A DNA stretch of 63,156 nucleotides, the filler included, from Trichomonas gallinae (Eukaryota), in assembly GCA_008369845.1 (NCBI GenBank). It is 5 parts of 5 records of this genome, joined end to end, with 100 filler letters (N's around TTAATTAATTAA, not from the genome) between each part and the next. Parts side by side here need not be neighbours in the genome. Positions count along the whole stretch, not along the records: positions 1 to 29,913 come from MRSU01000891.1; 4 more parts are not named here. The stretch is one strand, 5' to 3'. The notes under the pieces are model-generated. The model saw only the letters and a list, made by a program, of their open reading frames with translations, had not been told where the DNA came from and searched no databases. Of the stretch, positions 1 to 10,298 are shown piece by piece. The translations under genes and the position numbers were made by a program. Within the stretch, counting starts at the first letter, position 1. Every line of letters begins with the position of its first letter.

Positions 1-65
1 TAGTATATTGGTTAGAATGGATCCTTGACACGGATCAGAGGCCAGTTCGATTCTGGCCTGGGACA
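1..65 (+). tRNA. tRNA-Val(GAC), 5' acceptor strand truncated by the window start
   Basis: D-arm TAGTATATTGGTTAGAAT; anticodon stem GATCC/GGATC with loop TT-GAC-AC (anticodon 27-29); T-arm GCCAG-TTCGATT-CTGGC; 3' acceptor CTGGGAC plus discriminator A; followed by a Pol III oligo-T terminator. Confidence 0.9.
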
Positions 66-344
66 TTTTTTTCTTTTTTTTTATTATTATCAAAACTTTA
101 TTAATAAACAATAATAAAAGAATTCTTTTAACACCAAAGCTATATCATTATGATGATGCTTCATTGTGTTAATAGTTAGCTCAACAATAACTACTTGAGA
201 ATAAATCAGCAAATCAATTAATACAATCACTAATAAATTATGCTATATGTCGCGGTATTTTTCCATATGATGCATAAACTCAAGTATATATACAAACGAT
301 CATAAAACTATGATTAATATCTAATATTTTAATTTATAATAGAA

Positions 345-1343
345 TTACTCTAAAATTTTGCAAGTAATACCTTCACAAGGTGTTGCTCTTGTAATCTTGG
401 ACTCATCAATGCCGATGGATTTGAGCGTTTCGAGGATAATTTCTTCATTTTGTTTTGTAGTGAAAACAAATGGATTTGGCCCAGCATCAAACGAGTATGC
501 TGCAATATTTGAGTTCTTCGATTCATTTAGTTGATGAATTGCAGCGACAACTTTAAATGATTCATCATTCATGTATTTAATTGGTGGATATGTTGCCAGG
601 CAGTCAGCATGTAATTCATTTGATTCTCTGATGATAATTTCAGCAAGATGTTCGAAATCTTTGTTGTTTATATATTGTTTCGCATCTTGAATTCTCTTTG
701 GAACGACTTCTTTAGCTCGCCACTGGATCCAAGGAACTGTCTGAACTGTGAGCTGCATTCCCTTTGTCGACAAAACGTCTTTCTTCTTCGCTGAGACAAT
801 TACTGAGAAAACAACGAAATCTTCCCAATGTTCTTGAGTTGCAGTTTGTTTGGCAACGGATTCAGATGGTGAACCAGGAAGCCATTCTACGAAGCCGCCA
901 TATATCGATCTGCAGCCGCTGCCTGAGACTTTGCGCGCAAGTGAAGTTAAATCGACGCCTTTTTCAGCCCAGTACTTTACAGGATCATCTGTCTTGCCAA
1001 CGAGTGCGGCTAGAGCACCAACAAATGCTGCTGCACCAGCTGCCGATGATGCGAGGCCTGCTGCCGTTGGAAAAGAATTTGTCGATGAAATATTAAAGTG
1101 TAATTTTCCATTATCATTGAAGAATTTGATAGCTGTGAGTAGTCTTGATGTAATTTCAGCCTTTTCACCGTTCAAAAAGAAATGGTCAGTTCCATCATTT
1201 GAATATTCAACTGTTGTAGTCGTTGTTCCGAAATTTAAAGTAACTGATAATGATCCGTGTATAGGAGTGATCTCAGGTTCATTCTCTTTTCCCCAATATT
1301 TCACTAAAGCAATATTTGGATGTGATGAACATTGAACTTTCAT
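345..1343 (-). CDS. MVD: Diphosphomevalonate decarboxylase (GHMP family); likely start is MKVQCSS, not the upstream AT-rich ORF start
   Basis: Motifs NIALVKYWGK, PTAAGLASSAAG, SGSGCRSIYGG and FDAGPN. Confidence 0.95.
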   Translation of the reverse strand: MKVQCSSHPNIALVKYWGKENEPEITPIHGSLSVTLNFGTTTTTVEYSNDGTDHFFLNGEKAEITSRLLTAIKFFNDNGKLHFNISSTNSFPTAAGLASSAAGAAAFVGALAALVGKTDDPVKYWAEKGVDLTSLARKVSGSGCRSIYGGFVEWLPGSPSESVAKQTATQEHWEDFVVFSVIVSAKKKDVLSTKGMQLTVQTVPWIQWRAKEVVPKRIQDAKQYINNKDFEHLAEIIIRESNELHADCLATYPPIKYMNDESFKVVAAIHQLNESKNSNIAAYSFDAGPNPFVFTTKQNEEIILETLKSIGIDESKITRATPCEGITCKILE

Positions 1344-1661
1344 TGATAGAAACTGCGTAAAATAGATATTTGCAGCATAACAATTCTCTATAAACAAATT
1401 AAACTGAATATAAAAAAAATTATTATTGACGTGTAAATTAATTATTTCTGTCATATGACATTTTACACTAATCATTATGGATATACCGACTTATATTCTG
1501 AATATGGGACAAATTCATGTGAGAAAGGTCTACCTATCTCTAAATATTGTCGTGGTAAGTAACATACCCAATTTTTTAATTAAAATTTTTAATTTTGTCA
1601 TACAGCACTTTACAAAGTCAGATATTACCGAAAAGTGGCAATAAATAAATTAGATATTTTA

Positions 1662-1679
1662 AAAAGTGACAAACGGTTA
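1662..1679 (+). promoter_or_regulatory. Trichomonas-type core promoter: M2 (AAAGTGAC) followed by M3-like AACGGTTA upstream of Vps29
   Basis: AAAAGTGACAAACGGTTAG lies 10-28 nt before the ATG at 1690 and matches the described T. vaginalis motifs 2 and 3. Confidence 0.55.
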
Positions 1680-1689
1680 GAATTGCAAA

Positions 1690-2247
1690 ATGCTCGTCCT
1701 TATCATCGGCGACATGTTTATTCCATACAAAGCTCACGAAATATCCCAAGTCTTCCGCGAGAAACTTGGGCCGAACAAAATCCACAAAATTCTTTGCACT
1801 GGCAACGTTTGCGTCAAGGAGGGTCTCGATTACTTGAGGACAATCTGCAATGAAATTGTCGTTGTTCGCGGTGAGCTTGACGATGAAGGAATTTCTAACA
1901 TTGATCAGACTGTTCTTACAATTGGCGGATTTAGAGTCGGACTTGTCAGCAGCATTGATATTTTGCCACCACGTGATCCAGCCGCTTATGCTCTTAAGCA
2001 GCGCGAGCTTGATGTCGATATTCTTATCCACGGTGGCACACACAAGGCATCCGCTTATGTTTACGATAACCACTTCTACTTAGACCCAGGAAGTGCAACA
2101 GGCGCTTTCACACCATTAAATCCAAAGCCAACTCCATCATTCATTCTTCTTAATGTTCAAGGCAAATCTGCCGTCGCATATATTTATACCCTTGATGACG
2201 AAAGCTCAATTTCTGTCACAAAGGAGCGTTTCAATAAGGAAGAATAA
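1690..2247 (+). CDS. VPS29: Retromer subunit Vps29
   Basis: MLVLIIGDMFIP, ILCTGN, VRGELD, LDVDILIHGGTH, PGSATGA, PSFILL; 185 aa. Confidence 0.95.
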   Translation: MLVLIIGDMFIPYKAHEISQVFREKLGPNKIHKILCTGNVCVKEGLDYLRTICNEIVVVRGELDDEGISNIDQTVLTIGGFRVGLVSSIDILPPRDPAAYALKQRELDVDILIHGGTHKASAYVYDNHFYLDPGSATGAFTPLNPKPTPSFILLNVQGKSAVAYIYTLDDESSISVTKERFNKEE

Positions 2248-2669
2248 GATAGTTAAATATACTGGATCTTAAATTCGCATTTAACCCAGTGGGCTTTGGT
2301 CATTACTGACCTTTATCTAAATAGTAATACTAGATTTTGTATAAAAAATATCCGGCATTTAAGCCTTTAACGGAAAGTCGAGAAATTTAATAATTTTATT
2401 TTAATCCATACAAATAAGCGTTTCCACACATTTAATATAGTAGAATTAAGGTCATTCATACGACAAAGCTTCAAAAATTATTAAATTGTGCAAATAGAAA
2501 TTTATTGATTAATGAGAGTTTTATTTCCATTAACTTCTATGACCATATATGATATTTCTATGCTACAACTACTATAGAAACGATTGATAAGCTATTCAAA
2601 AATGAAAATTATTTATTTTCACAATAGATATTGTAATAATAATGAAAAAATTTTGATGAAATTATTTTC

Positions 2670-3671
2670 TTATTTGTTGGTGGTAGTTGGTGTAGTTGTA
2701 TTGTTCGATTCTGTTCGAGCTGCTCTTCTTGCTTTGAAGATTTCATCACTTGAACGTGTTGTAGCCTTAACACCGAAGAAATTAGATACTCTAAGTTGAG
2801 CTGCCTTAGCAAATTCTTCTGGATTTCCACCATTCTCTTTCATTGTCATTGGCTCGAGAATATAAATGTCAATGAAGTTAAATGGCATAGAAAGGCACAT
2901 GAAGCAGTATTCCCAGAGGTTGTTTTGGACCCAAGCGAATGAATTCCAGCCTTTCGGAACTAATGGCTGATTATATCTAATAAGGACTGGTTGTACTTTA
3001 TGGTCTGATAGGAATGCACTCTTGTGATACTTTAATGAGATATCTCCAGCGTTTAATGTCCCTTCTGGGAAAATTAAAACTGGAAGTTTATCTGTAGCGT
3101 TGGCTCGTTCGAGTACAAGTTGTGCTTGGCCAACACTTTTATCTCTGCGAACGTAAATTGGATCAAGGCAATCAATCATATATCTCATGAGCCAAATTTG
3201 ACTGAGTTCATACTTACAGACAATGGAACAATGGACAGCAAATGAAACTATGAACGGATCATGAAAAGCAGTGTGATTTGAAATGAGAACACGAGATTCT
3301 GGATCAATTGATCCATGAATTCTGATTCTAAGTGTTCCGAATGCCATGGAAACGAACTTGATGGAGACATATAAGCAGTTATAAAAGAATTTCTTCATGA
3401 TATTGTGGTTATTATTAGTTAATTTGAGCTGAATGTAGCGTCCAACAGCAACGAAAAGGTTCATTAGGAAGAATCCACCGATGCAAATGACCAATCTGAT
3501 CGGTCCTAGGAAGAGAAAGAAGCAAATTACTTGATAAACGCGATGATACCATTCGTAATGGTGATTTTTCCATTGATTGTCGAACTCTTCGTCACTGATA
3601 TTCATCAGGTCGGTCTGGTTGTGGTATTCTGGGTGGTCAGCTGGCACGCACGAATACGGGAATATCTTCAT
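2670..3671 (-). CDS. Lysophospholipid/glycerolipid acyltransferase (PlsC/LPCAT-like)
   Basis: NHxxxxD catalytic motif (NHTAFHD), FPEGT motif, N-terminal TM segment. Confidence 0.9.
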   Translation of the reverse strand: MKIFPYSCVPADHPEYHNQTDLMNISDEEFDNQWKNHHYEWYHRVYQVICFFLFLGPIRLVICIGGFFLMNLFVAVGRYIQLKLTNNNHNIMKKFFYNCLYVSIKFVSMAFGTLRIRIHGSIDPESRVLISNHTAFHDPFIVSFAVHCSIVCKYELSQIWLMRYMIDCLDPIYVRRDKSVGQAQLVLERANATDKLPVLIFPEGTLNAGDISLKYHKSAFLSDHKVQPVLIRYNQPLVPKGWNSFAWVQNNLWEYCFMCLSMPFNFIDIYILEPMTMKENGGNPEEFAKAAQLRVSNFFGVKATTRSSDEIFKARRAARTESNNTTTPTTTNK

Positions 3672-4261
3672 TTTTTATTATTCTGAAAGTGATCGCAAAA
3701 ATTTTTCAAATTTCTGAGTGAATTCAATTTTAATCATATCCGCAACGTGTGTTATTATCGAATTTCAAAATGGTCGAATGTTCAACGATGAAAAATCCCC
3801 GGGGCTGGAAAAAATAAGAAGGGGTCATCGATTTTTTTCAAAAGTTTACATATCAGTATTCCATCACAGAAGGTATATATCATACATACGCATCCTGTTG
3901 GAAATACGTGTTGAGGGATTCTTTTCTATCAATGATCGATCATTCTTCCGATCAATTTTAGTGATCAAATTTTATTTGTTAAATATATAGTATATATAAA
4001 ATAATTCTAAATCTATTATTTATTTCTGTAAAATACCCATTATTCCATCAAATTTTGATGAATTTATTGAATAAAAATCGATTTTTCTTCAAAATGATGA
4101 ATTCTCAACCAAAATTTTAACATAATTGTCAATGTTTTTCAACCCTTTAAAATAAGGAAACCGATTATATAGATGTAGGATTTATTATCAGGCATGACTT
4201 AAAATTTGACACGTAGAATAAAATTTTTGACTCGATCGTCAAGTTTTCTATTTTGTAAATC

Positions 4262-5023
4262 ATGCCTAAATATTCAGCGAAACTTGTTGATGATCCTAGC
4301 ACTCCAAAAGCAGAAAATGCAATCCGCTTCATGTGCCTTTCAGATACACACGGAGCAATTTCACAAATCCTAGAGTCTACAATTCATCCGGCTGATTTTT
4401 GCTTATTTGCTGGCGATATGACGCTATTTGGTGATCCACAGCATGCTGAAGAAGCTAAACAGTATATATTAAATCTTCCTGTTAAACACAGAATCGTAAT
4501 TTCCGGAAACCTTGATCTTCCTTTCGACACAAAGAATTACAGCCATTTCAAGCAATGGTTTGCGAGATTCAACTATGCTGACGGTCCAGAAGGCGTCAAG
4601 AAATCATTCGTTCTTGATGATAAGATTACTTATCTCGAGCATCAAGCAATCACTATTGACAACGTGAAAATATTTGGATCTCCTTACACTCCAGCATTCG
4701 GAGACTTTGGTTTTCCAACGACCAAAGATACAGCTCCATCGACTTGGAAAGAACTTCCTGCTGATACAGATGTTCTTTTATGCCATGGCCCACCACACAT
4801 GATATGCGATGCCACAACATCAGGATTTCACGCTGGTTGCCCAGAACTTCGCAAAGCAATCGAGAAAGTTGGACCAGCTTTCGCAGTTTTTGGCCATATA
4901 CATGAAGCTCATGGTCATGAAATGCTTAATAATACACTTTGCTGCAATGTTGCTATTGTTAATTCAGAACGCGAAGTTGCTTATGGACCAACATACATTG
5001 ATTTGATTCCAACATCCAATTGA
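4262..5023 (+). CDS. Calcineurin-like metallophosphoesterase (MPPED/239FB-like)
   Basis: SDTH, AGD, GN(L)D, FGSPYTP, DVLLCHGPP, GCPEL and FGHIHE motifs. Confidence 0.9.
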   Translation: MPKYSAKLVDDPSTPKAENAIRFMCLSDTHGAISQILESTIHPADFCLFAGDMTLFGDPQHAEEAKQYILNLPVKHRIVISGNLDLPFDTKNYSHFKQWFARFNYADGPEGVKKSFVLDDKITYLEHQAITIDNVKIFGSPYTPAFGDFGFPTTKDTAPSTWKELPADTDVLLCHGPPHMICDATTSGFHAGCPELRKAIEKVGPAFAVFGHIHEAHGHEMLNNTLCCNVAIVNSEREVAYGPTYIDLIPTSN

Positions 5024-6675
5024 TTTTTCTTCAATAAACTATCATTCTCTTTCCTAATACATATTGAAATCTTATTTCAAAATCATGCTTGAATCGACAA
5101 AGTGTTTTTCATCAATAATACACTTTATCAAACAAATGTAATTTTCTAATATTAGCCTATGTTGTCGGTAAATTGTTTTTTTTTTTGAAAATTTCAAAAA
5201 TTTTATTGTTGGCCATTGGCTATAAGTGGAAATTATTATATACGAGACATTAAACGATTTAAACTATTTTATTTAGTTTAATATTGAAGAAAATCAAAGA
5301 ATATTTTCAAATCTGTTCATTTACATATTAATTTGTTCTTCACAGTGTAGATCAACTAGTTTTAATTTTTAAAATGGCATTATTAAATGATAAATCCATT
5401 ATTGCATATCTAGAGAACCAATATTGCCAATTTACCGAAAAACATATATTTATTTCAAACGCGTCATACACACGCAGATACAAATAGTATTTAAGCAATT
5501 TCTTAAATTAAATATATATGTTACCCCACCTATTAATGAGATATGCAATAATATCATCCATTTAATTCGCAGTTAATATATGTAATACTACTCATAATAT
5601 GCTTAAATGATATACTAGTGTTGGTCCAAAATTATCGCTGCAGGCTGAGATATAATGAGTAAAATTTTAGCGAAAAAGTGACGGTTTGAAAATTTTTCCA
5701 AAAATGAAGTGAGTCCATATTTCGATCTATGCGCTTTCTAGTCATCACTTCATTGATACATTAGCATTTTCTTCCGTCTGCGGTCATTAATGTAAGTTTT
5801 TTCATGAATTATTAAGAAATCGATAATATGGCCATTTTCAATTAAACGTTTTCAACGGACAACACCCGATAATTATTAGTTTGCACTTCATTATACTATG
5901 CATTTAATCTTCTCTTCTAACTGATTTCATACGTACCTTGCTCTGCTATTCAGATCGAGCTCAGCAAGAAAGTTATTGCATATTATAACTTATATCCTAT
6001 TTCACAAATTTAAGTAGATGGTTATTATGATATAGAAATCATTCCAACACTCTTTTTTATTCTAATTCATATAACTCTTTATTCAGCACTTATTTTAACA
6101 GGAGATACACATATAATTCTATTTTAGACTAATAGTATCACATATTAAGAATGATCTCAATTATAGCTCTACTCATTGCCATATTTTTCGCATATTCAAT
6201 AATATTATTTCAGAATTCCGCTATATTAGCAATAAAATACATGTGAGCAACATATAAATGTATATAATATTCTGCTTTCAACCCGAAATGCTTCAAAATA
6301 ATTTTATTCAATAATTTCATTGAAGACAACAAAAATTTTTGATTATAAAAATCTCCCGCACAAGAGCACAAGAAGAATAATATGGAGAACAAAGCCCAAT
6401 TAAAAATATTAAGACATTGAGTCAATGTCCGTTAAAGGAAATTAAAAAATGGCTATAAATGTATAAACCACAGGATATAAAGAGAAAAATTGTCCATGCC
6501 GAATAGGGTAAAAAAGGGTAATTTTTGAGATTTCATTTTTGAACGGGCCTCAAAATTTGAGAACTGGATTCTTTAAATTTTGCTCACTTTTCGCACATAT
6601 TCCGTGTTATATATCACCTAAAGAGTACTTTTGATTTGAGAGGCTACGGTTTTTGTAAAAATAAATTAGTAATAA

Positions 6676-7365
6676 ATGAAAGCTAAATTCCGTTTTATGA
6701 CAAAGAACCAGGAAGTCCAGATTGATTATACTCCCTGCCAGACATTCTTCGAGACAAAAATGAAATTAGCGCAGCTTTTAAATGTAGATAAAGATTCTTT
6801 GCAAATTTTATTCAAGGCCCAGCCGATAGATGATTCAAAAACATTCGCAGATATAGATTATGAGGCAGGAAATATACTTTTCATATCTTTTACTCAGGCT
6901 CACCAGAAAGTTGAAAAACAAAAGACAGAAACACCAACAGTAACAAAGTCAGTTCAATACCTTCCGCCTAGAGGAGATAGGTCATTCCTACCTTCACAAG
7001 AAAAAATAGATGCAATGGTTACGCTTTTAAAGGAATTAGGCTTTGAAGAAGATTTATGCAAAAAAGCTCTGAAAGCTGCTTGCTATAATTGCGATCGTGC
7101 AGCAGATTATCTTTTATCAAATACTATACCAGATGATTGCTGCACTGAAATAGATAAATTATGCTCTCGTCGTGACCAGTATTGTAAAGACTATAGAGCA
7201 GCTTCACAAAGGAAGTACAATGAATTAGACACAGAGAAAATTGAAGCTATAAAGAGAATAGAATCTCAGACCAAAAAATCACGCGAAAGTGTTATACAGG
7301 TTTACTTTGCGTGTGGTTATGATGAGCAAAATACTATATCATGTCTTCAAAATTTCAATGAATAA
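6676..7365 (+). CDS. UBL-UBA domain protein (Rad23-like)
   Basis: N-terminal ubiquitin-like fold (LQILFKAQPIDDSKT); UBA LKELGFEEDLCKKALKAACYNCDRAADYLL; second Rad23-like UBA (VIQVYFACGYDEQ). Confidence 0.8.
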   Translation: MKAKFRFMTKNQEVQIDYTPCQTFFETKMKLAQLLNVDKDSLQILFKAQPIDDSKTFADIDYEAGNILFISFTQAHQKVEKQKTETPTVTKSVQYLPPRGDRSFLPSQEKIDAMVTLLKELGFEEDLCKKALKAACYNCDRAADYLLSNTIPDDCCTEIDKLCSRRDQYCKDYRAASQRKYNELDTEKIEAIKRIESQTKKSRESVIQVYFACGYDEQNTISCLQNFNE

Positions 7366-8171
7366 ATAATTTTATTTAAATGTTCATTAATTGCAATCAG
7401 TTTTTTGATTATTACTGGGGAAGTTTATTGTTGATTTCAACTTAAGTTCCGAAATCCTTAATTTGATATTCCCGCCAAAATCTTCAAGTGGCCTGATATG
7501 ACATATAAATGACTAACGATATGTAATTACACCAAATTAGATCAGATTTTTATTGGCTCATCATTCTACTTCATAATTTGATTCGCAATTTCAATGGACA
7601 ATAATTAATAAACTTGATTTTGTGAAATATGATAGAGTATCATTTTATCAAGCATTTACGAGTATTATGAGTAAATTTGAGATATTGGCTTTATTTGGGG
7701 CTAATAATAATGTTTAAATCTCATTTAATGGTAGGGAAAGAATTATAATCATTGGTGCTAATATATTTGAGTTATTCAAAAGATTAGTATGGATGAATTG
7801 GAAGATATTGATATTGAAAAATGTTCTCATTGATGTGTTGAAGAATTTTTAGTATTTGTAAGTTAGTTTGATGCATATACATAATATGAAAACATAACTA
7901 TTTGTAAATTAAATCGCATAAAAAATGATATAAATTCTAATTATTTGACTCATGAGTGCATTTACATCTATTTGAGTTCTACTATTGGAATTTACTCGCA
8001 AATATCAAAAATAATGCGAAGTGATTTTTTTATTTTTTAAATTTTGGACAATTTATCGAGAATTTTATGTTTTATTAATTGGAAAATTATTTATTCCTCT
8101 AAATAAATCCGCATGAATGCGAGAACATCAAAAATCCCAAAAATTCTTATACGTTTAAAATTATCAAAAAA

Positions 8172-9326
8172 ATGTATTCCAGTCCATTTTCATACAACTC
8201 TAAGGGAGGATTCTCCCGTGCGATGCAGTCTCCTGGCCTGAACCAGTCTCCTGCTCGCTCAAATCGAATCTCTCCATATTCCAAAGATAGATTTGTTTCT
8301 CCAGCAAAATCTCCAAGTCGCTCTCCACTTCGCCAAGGCACAAATTCTATTGTTGACGCAAGTGCTAACAAAAGACAATCGACACCCACAACACCGAAAA
8401 GCCGCAAGGCACCAATCGCTGAAGATAGTATTTTAGATGCTCCAAACGTTCAGCAGTGTTTACCACTCAAGCTTATAGACTTCAACAGCCATGGAGATCT
8501 TGCTGTCGCCCTCGGAAATTCAATTTACATTTGGTCCCAGGGACAAGTCAACGTTTTGCTCGAATCAAAGGGCACAAAGTTCGATTCTGTCTGCTGGTGC
8601 GATGAAGGACTTATTCTTTCTGGCTCAGGACATTCAGAACTTTGGGATGTTCGCAGACAAAGCGCGATTAAAGAGTTTGTTGACCACGAGAACCGCTGCT
8701 GCGCAATTAGCACATGTGGAGAACTCGTTGCCACTGGTGGAGATGATGGACGCATTTACGTTACTGATCTTAGAAGTTCAGATTCGAGATCTATTGGTGC
8801 TTATCGCAAATATGGCGAAGTATCAGGCTTAGCATGGTCATATGATGGCAGATTCCTTGCTGCTGGTTTCAACGGAGCTGTTGCTGTCGTAGATAAAGAT
8901 GTGTATCAAACAGCTGGACGTGTTCAAGCTTTATCTTGGACACAGAGTGATATATTGTATGCAGCTGACTACGACCAGGGTGTTATTCAGATGATAAGAG
9001 CAACAATGGGACAAGTTGTTCATGAAGTCGACACAGAAGCGCCAATAAGTGGATTATGCTATACAGACAGCTGGGGACTTGTATCTAGCAGCAGTTTCAG
9101 AGGCGAATGGTCTATTTATTCACCGCGAAACCTCGATCTCATTAAGGAGTACAGCGGACATACTTCAGGAGTTATCAATATAACAACATGCGAGGAAAAG
9201 AACTTAATCGCAACAATAGGAATGGATGAGACTCTCAGGATTTGGAATTTGAGAGAACAGTGTCCACAAGCTTCTCCTTCTGTCAGGAGACCGCCAAGCC
9301 CATTCGGAAACTTTGGCATTCGTTAA
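8172..9326 (+). CDS. Cdc20/Fizzy-family APC/C activator-like WD40 protein
   Basis: SP/TP-rich N-terminus with C-box-like DRF, ILDAP before the propeller, LAVALGNSIYIW, DETLRIW and a C-terminal IR tail. Confidence 0.8.
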   Translation: MYSSPFSYNSKGGFSRAMQSPGLNQSPARSNRISPYSKDRFVSPAKSPSRSPLRQGTNSIVDASANKRQSTPTTPKSRKAPIAEDSILDAPNVQQCLPLKLIDFNSHGDLAVALGNSIYIWSQGQVNVLLESKGTKFDSVCWCDEGLILSGSGHSELWDVRRQSAIKEFVDHENRCCAISTCGELVATGGDDGRIYVTDLRSSDSRSIGAYRKYGEVSGLAWSYDGRFLAAGFNGAVAVVDKDVYQTAGRVQALSWTQSDILYAADYDQGVIQMIRATMGQVVHEVDTEAPISGLCYTDSWGLVSSSSFRGEWSIYSPRNLDLIKEYSGHTSGVINITTCEEKNLIATIGMDETLRIWNLREQCPQASPSVRRPPSPFGNFGIR

Positions 9327-9976
9327 TTGTCGATATAATATTAATGTTTTATTAAAATAATTCTATATATCATTATAATTAACTTTTGAGTTTGCATTTG
9401 AGATAAACTACCATAACTGAATTATAATCAATGTTGAAATAATCTTAATCATTTTTTGCCAAATAAATTAAAATTTGACACGTAAATCACAAAAATGTCA
9501 ATTTATTTAAAAACCTTTATATCTTCGTCGGAGCGAAATATTAGACCTACTTATTACATGTGCATTGTAGCAGTTCATCGACCAATCACTATAATGGTAC
9601 ATAAACGTCCATTTGATCTCTTTTAACAACAATTTTCTTTTAAAGTCTTGTTACTGGGAAGTCCTACAGCTGTAGGCATGTTTTTGCTATTGCATCAGGC
9701 TGGTACGTTTGATTGCTTGCGAGCATTCTCATTTACCATCTTTATTCTTTAGCATCGACTTATCCATGGTTGTTTATTTGTAAAGATTATTCTTGTGTTC
9801 CCAAAAAATATATTTTTCATTCATAATTTTAAATAATTCAGTTAGTCAAAATATTATTTGACGTCATTTGTTGATTTTTGATAAAGAAATGAGCATACCA
9901 CACCTTGTCAAAATGACTATTTTACTGCCTCCACTGCTTCAATGATAATATAAGTTTTTGAGAATGAATATTAAGT

Positions 9977-10215
9977 AATTGAAGAAGGAAATATAAAGAA
10001 TATCCATATTTAACGCCAAAATATTGAGAATTTACAGTATCTCTTCACCATTTTGTTGTTTTTATAAAACAAAAATATTGAGGAATTGAAAAAGAAAATA
10101 TAAAGAATATCAATATTTAGCGCCCAAATATTGAGTATTTACAGTATCTATTCTCCATTTTGTTGATATAAAAAAAAATGATAATTTCAAGAGGACAATA
10201 TACAGAATATCAATA
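9977..10215. repeat. Diverged tandem repeat, about 100-107 bp unit, about 2.3 copies
   Basis: AATATAAAGAATATC.ATATTTA.CGCC.AAATATTGAG.ATTTACAGTATCT..TC.CCATTTTGTTG occurs near 9990 and near 10097, with a partial third copy near 10197. Confidence 0.8.
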
Positions 10216-10298
10216 ATTCTTCGTTCATGTATAGTCAATTCATTATTTTATTGACTAAAAAGATTGAATTGTTGAACTTGAAAAAAACTATTTTATTC

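Noticed and set aside
1344..1475. N-terminal extensions in the ORF track for MVD (also 39685-39741, 44541-44564, 56059-56112)
   Set aside because: AT-rich promoter sequence or non-ATG starts; homology or Inr position points to the downstream ATG
6430..6580. TTAA-flanked Kolobok/MITE-like element (similar ends near 60140)
   Set aside because: No convincing terminal inverted repeats within the locus
9540..9960. Slightly GC-richer intergenic patch, possibly a decayed gene (similar patches at 41540-41990 and 57050-57300)
   Set aside because: The frames I translated gave no recognisable protein
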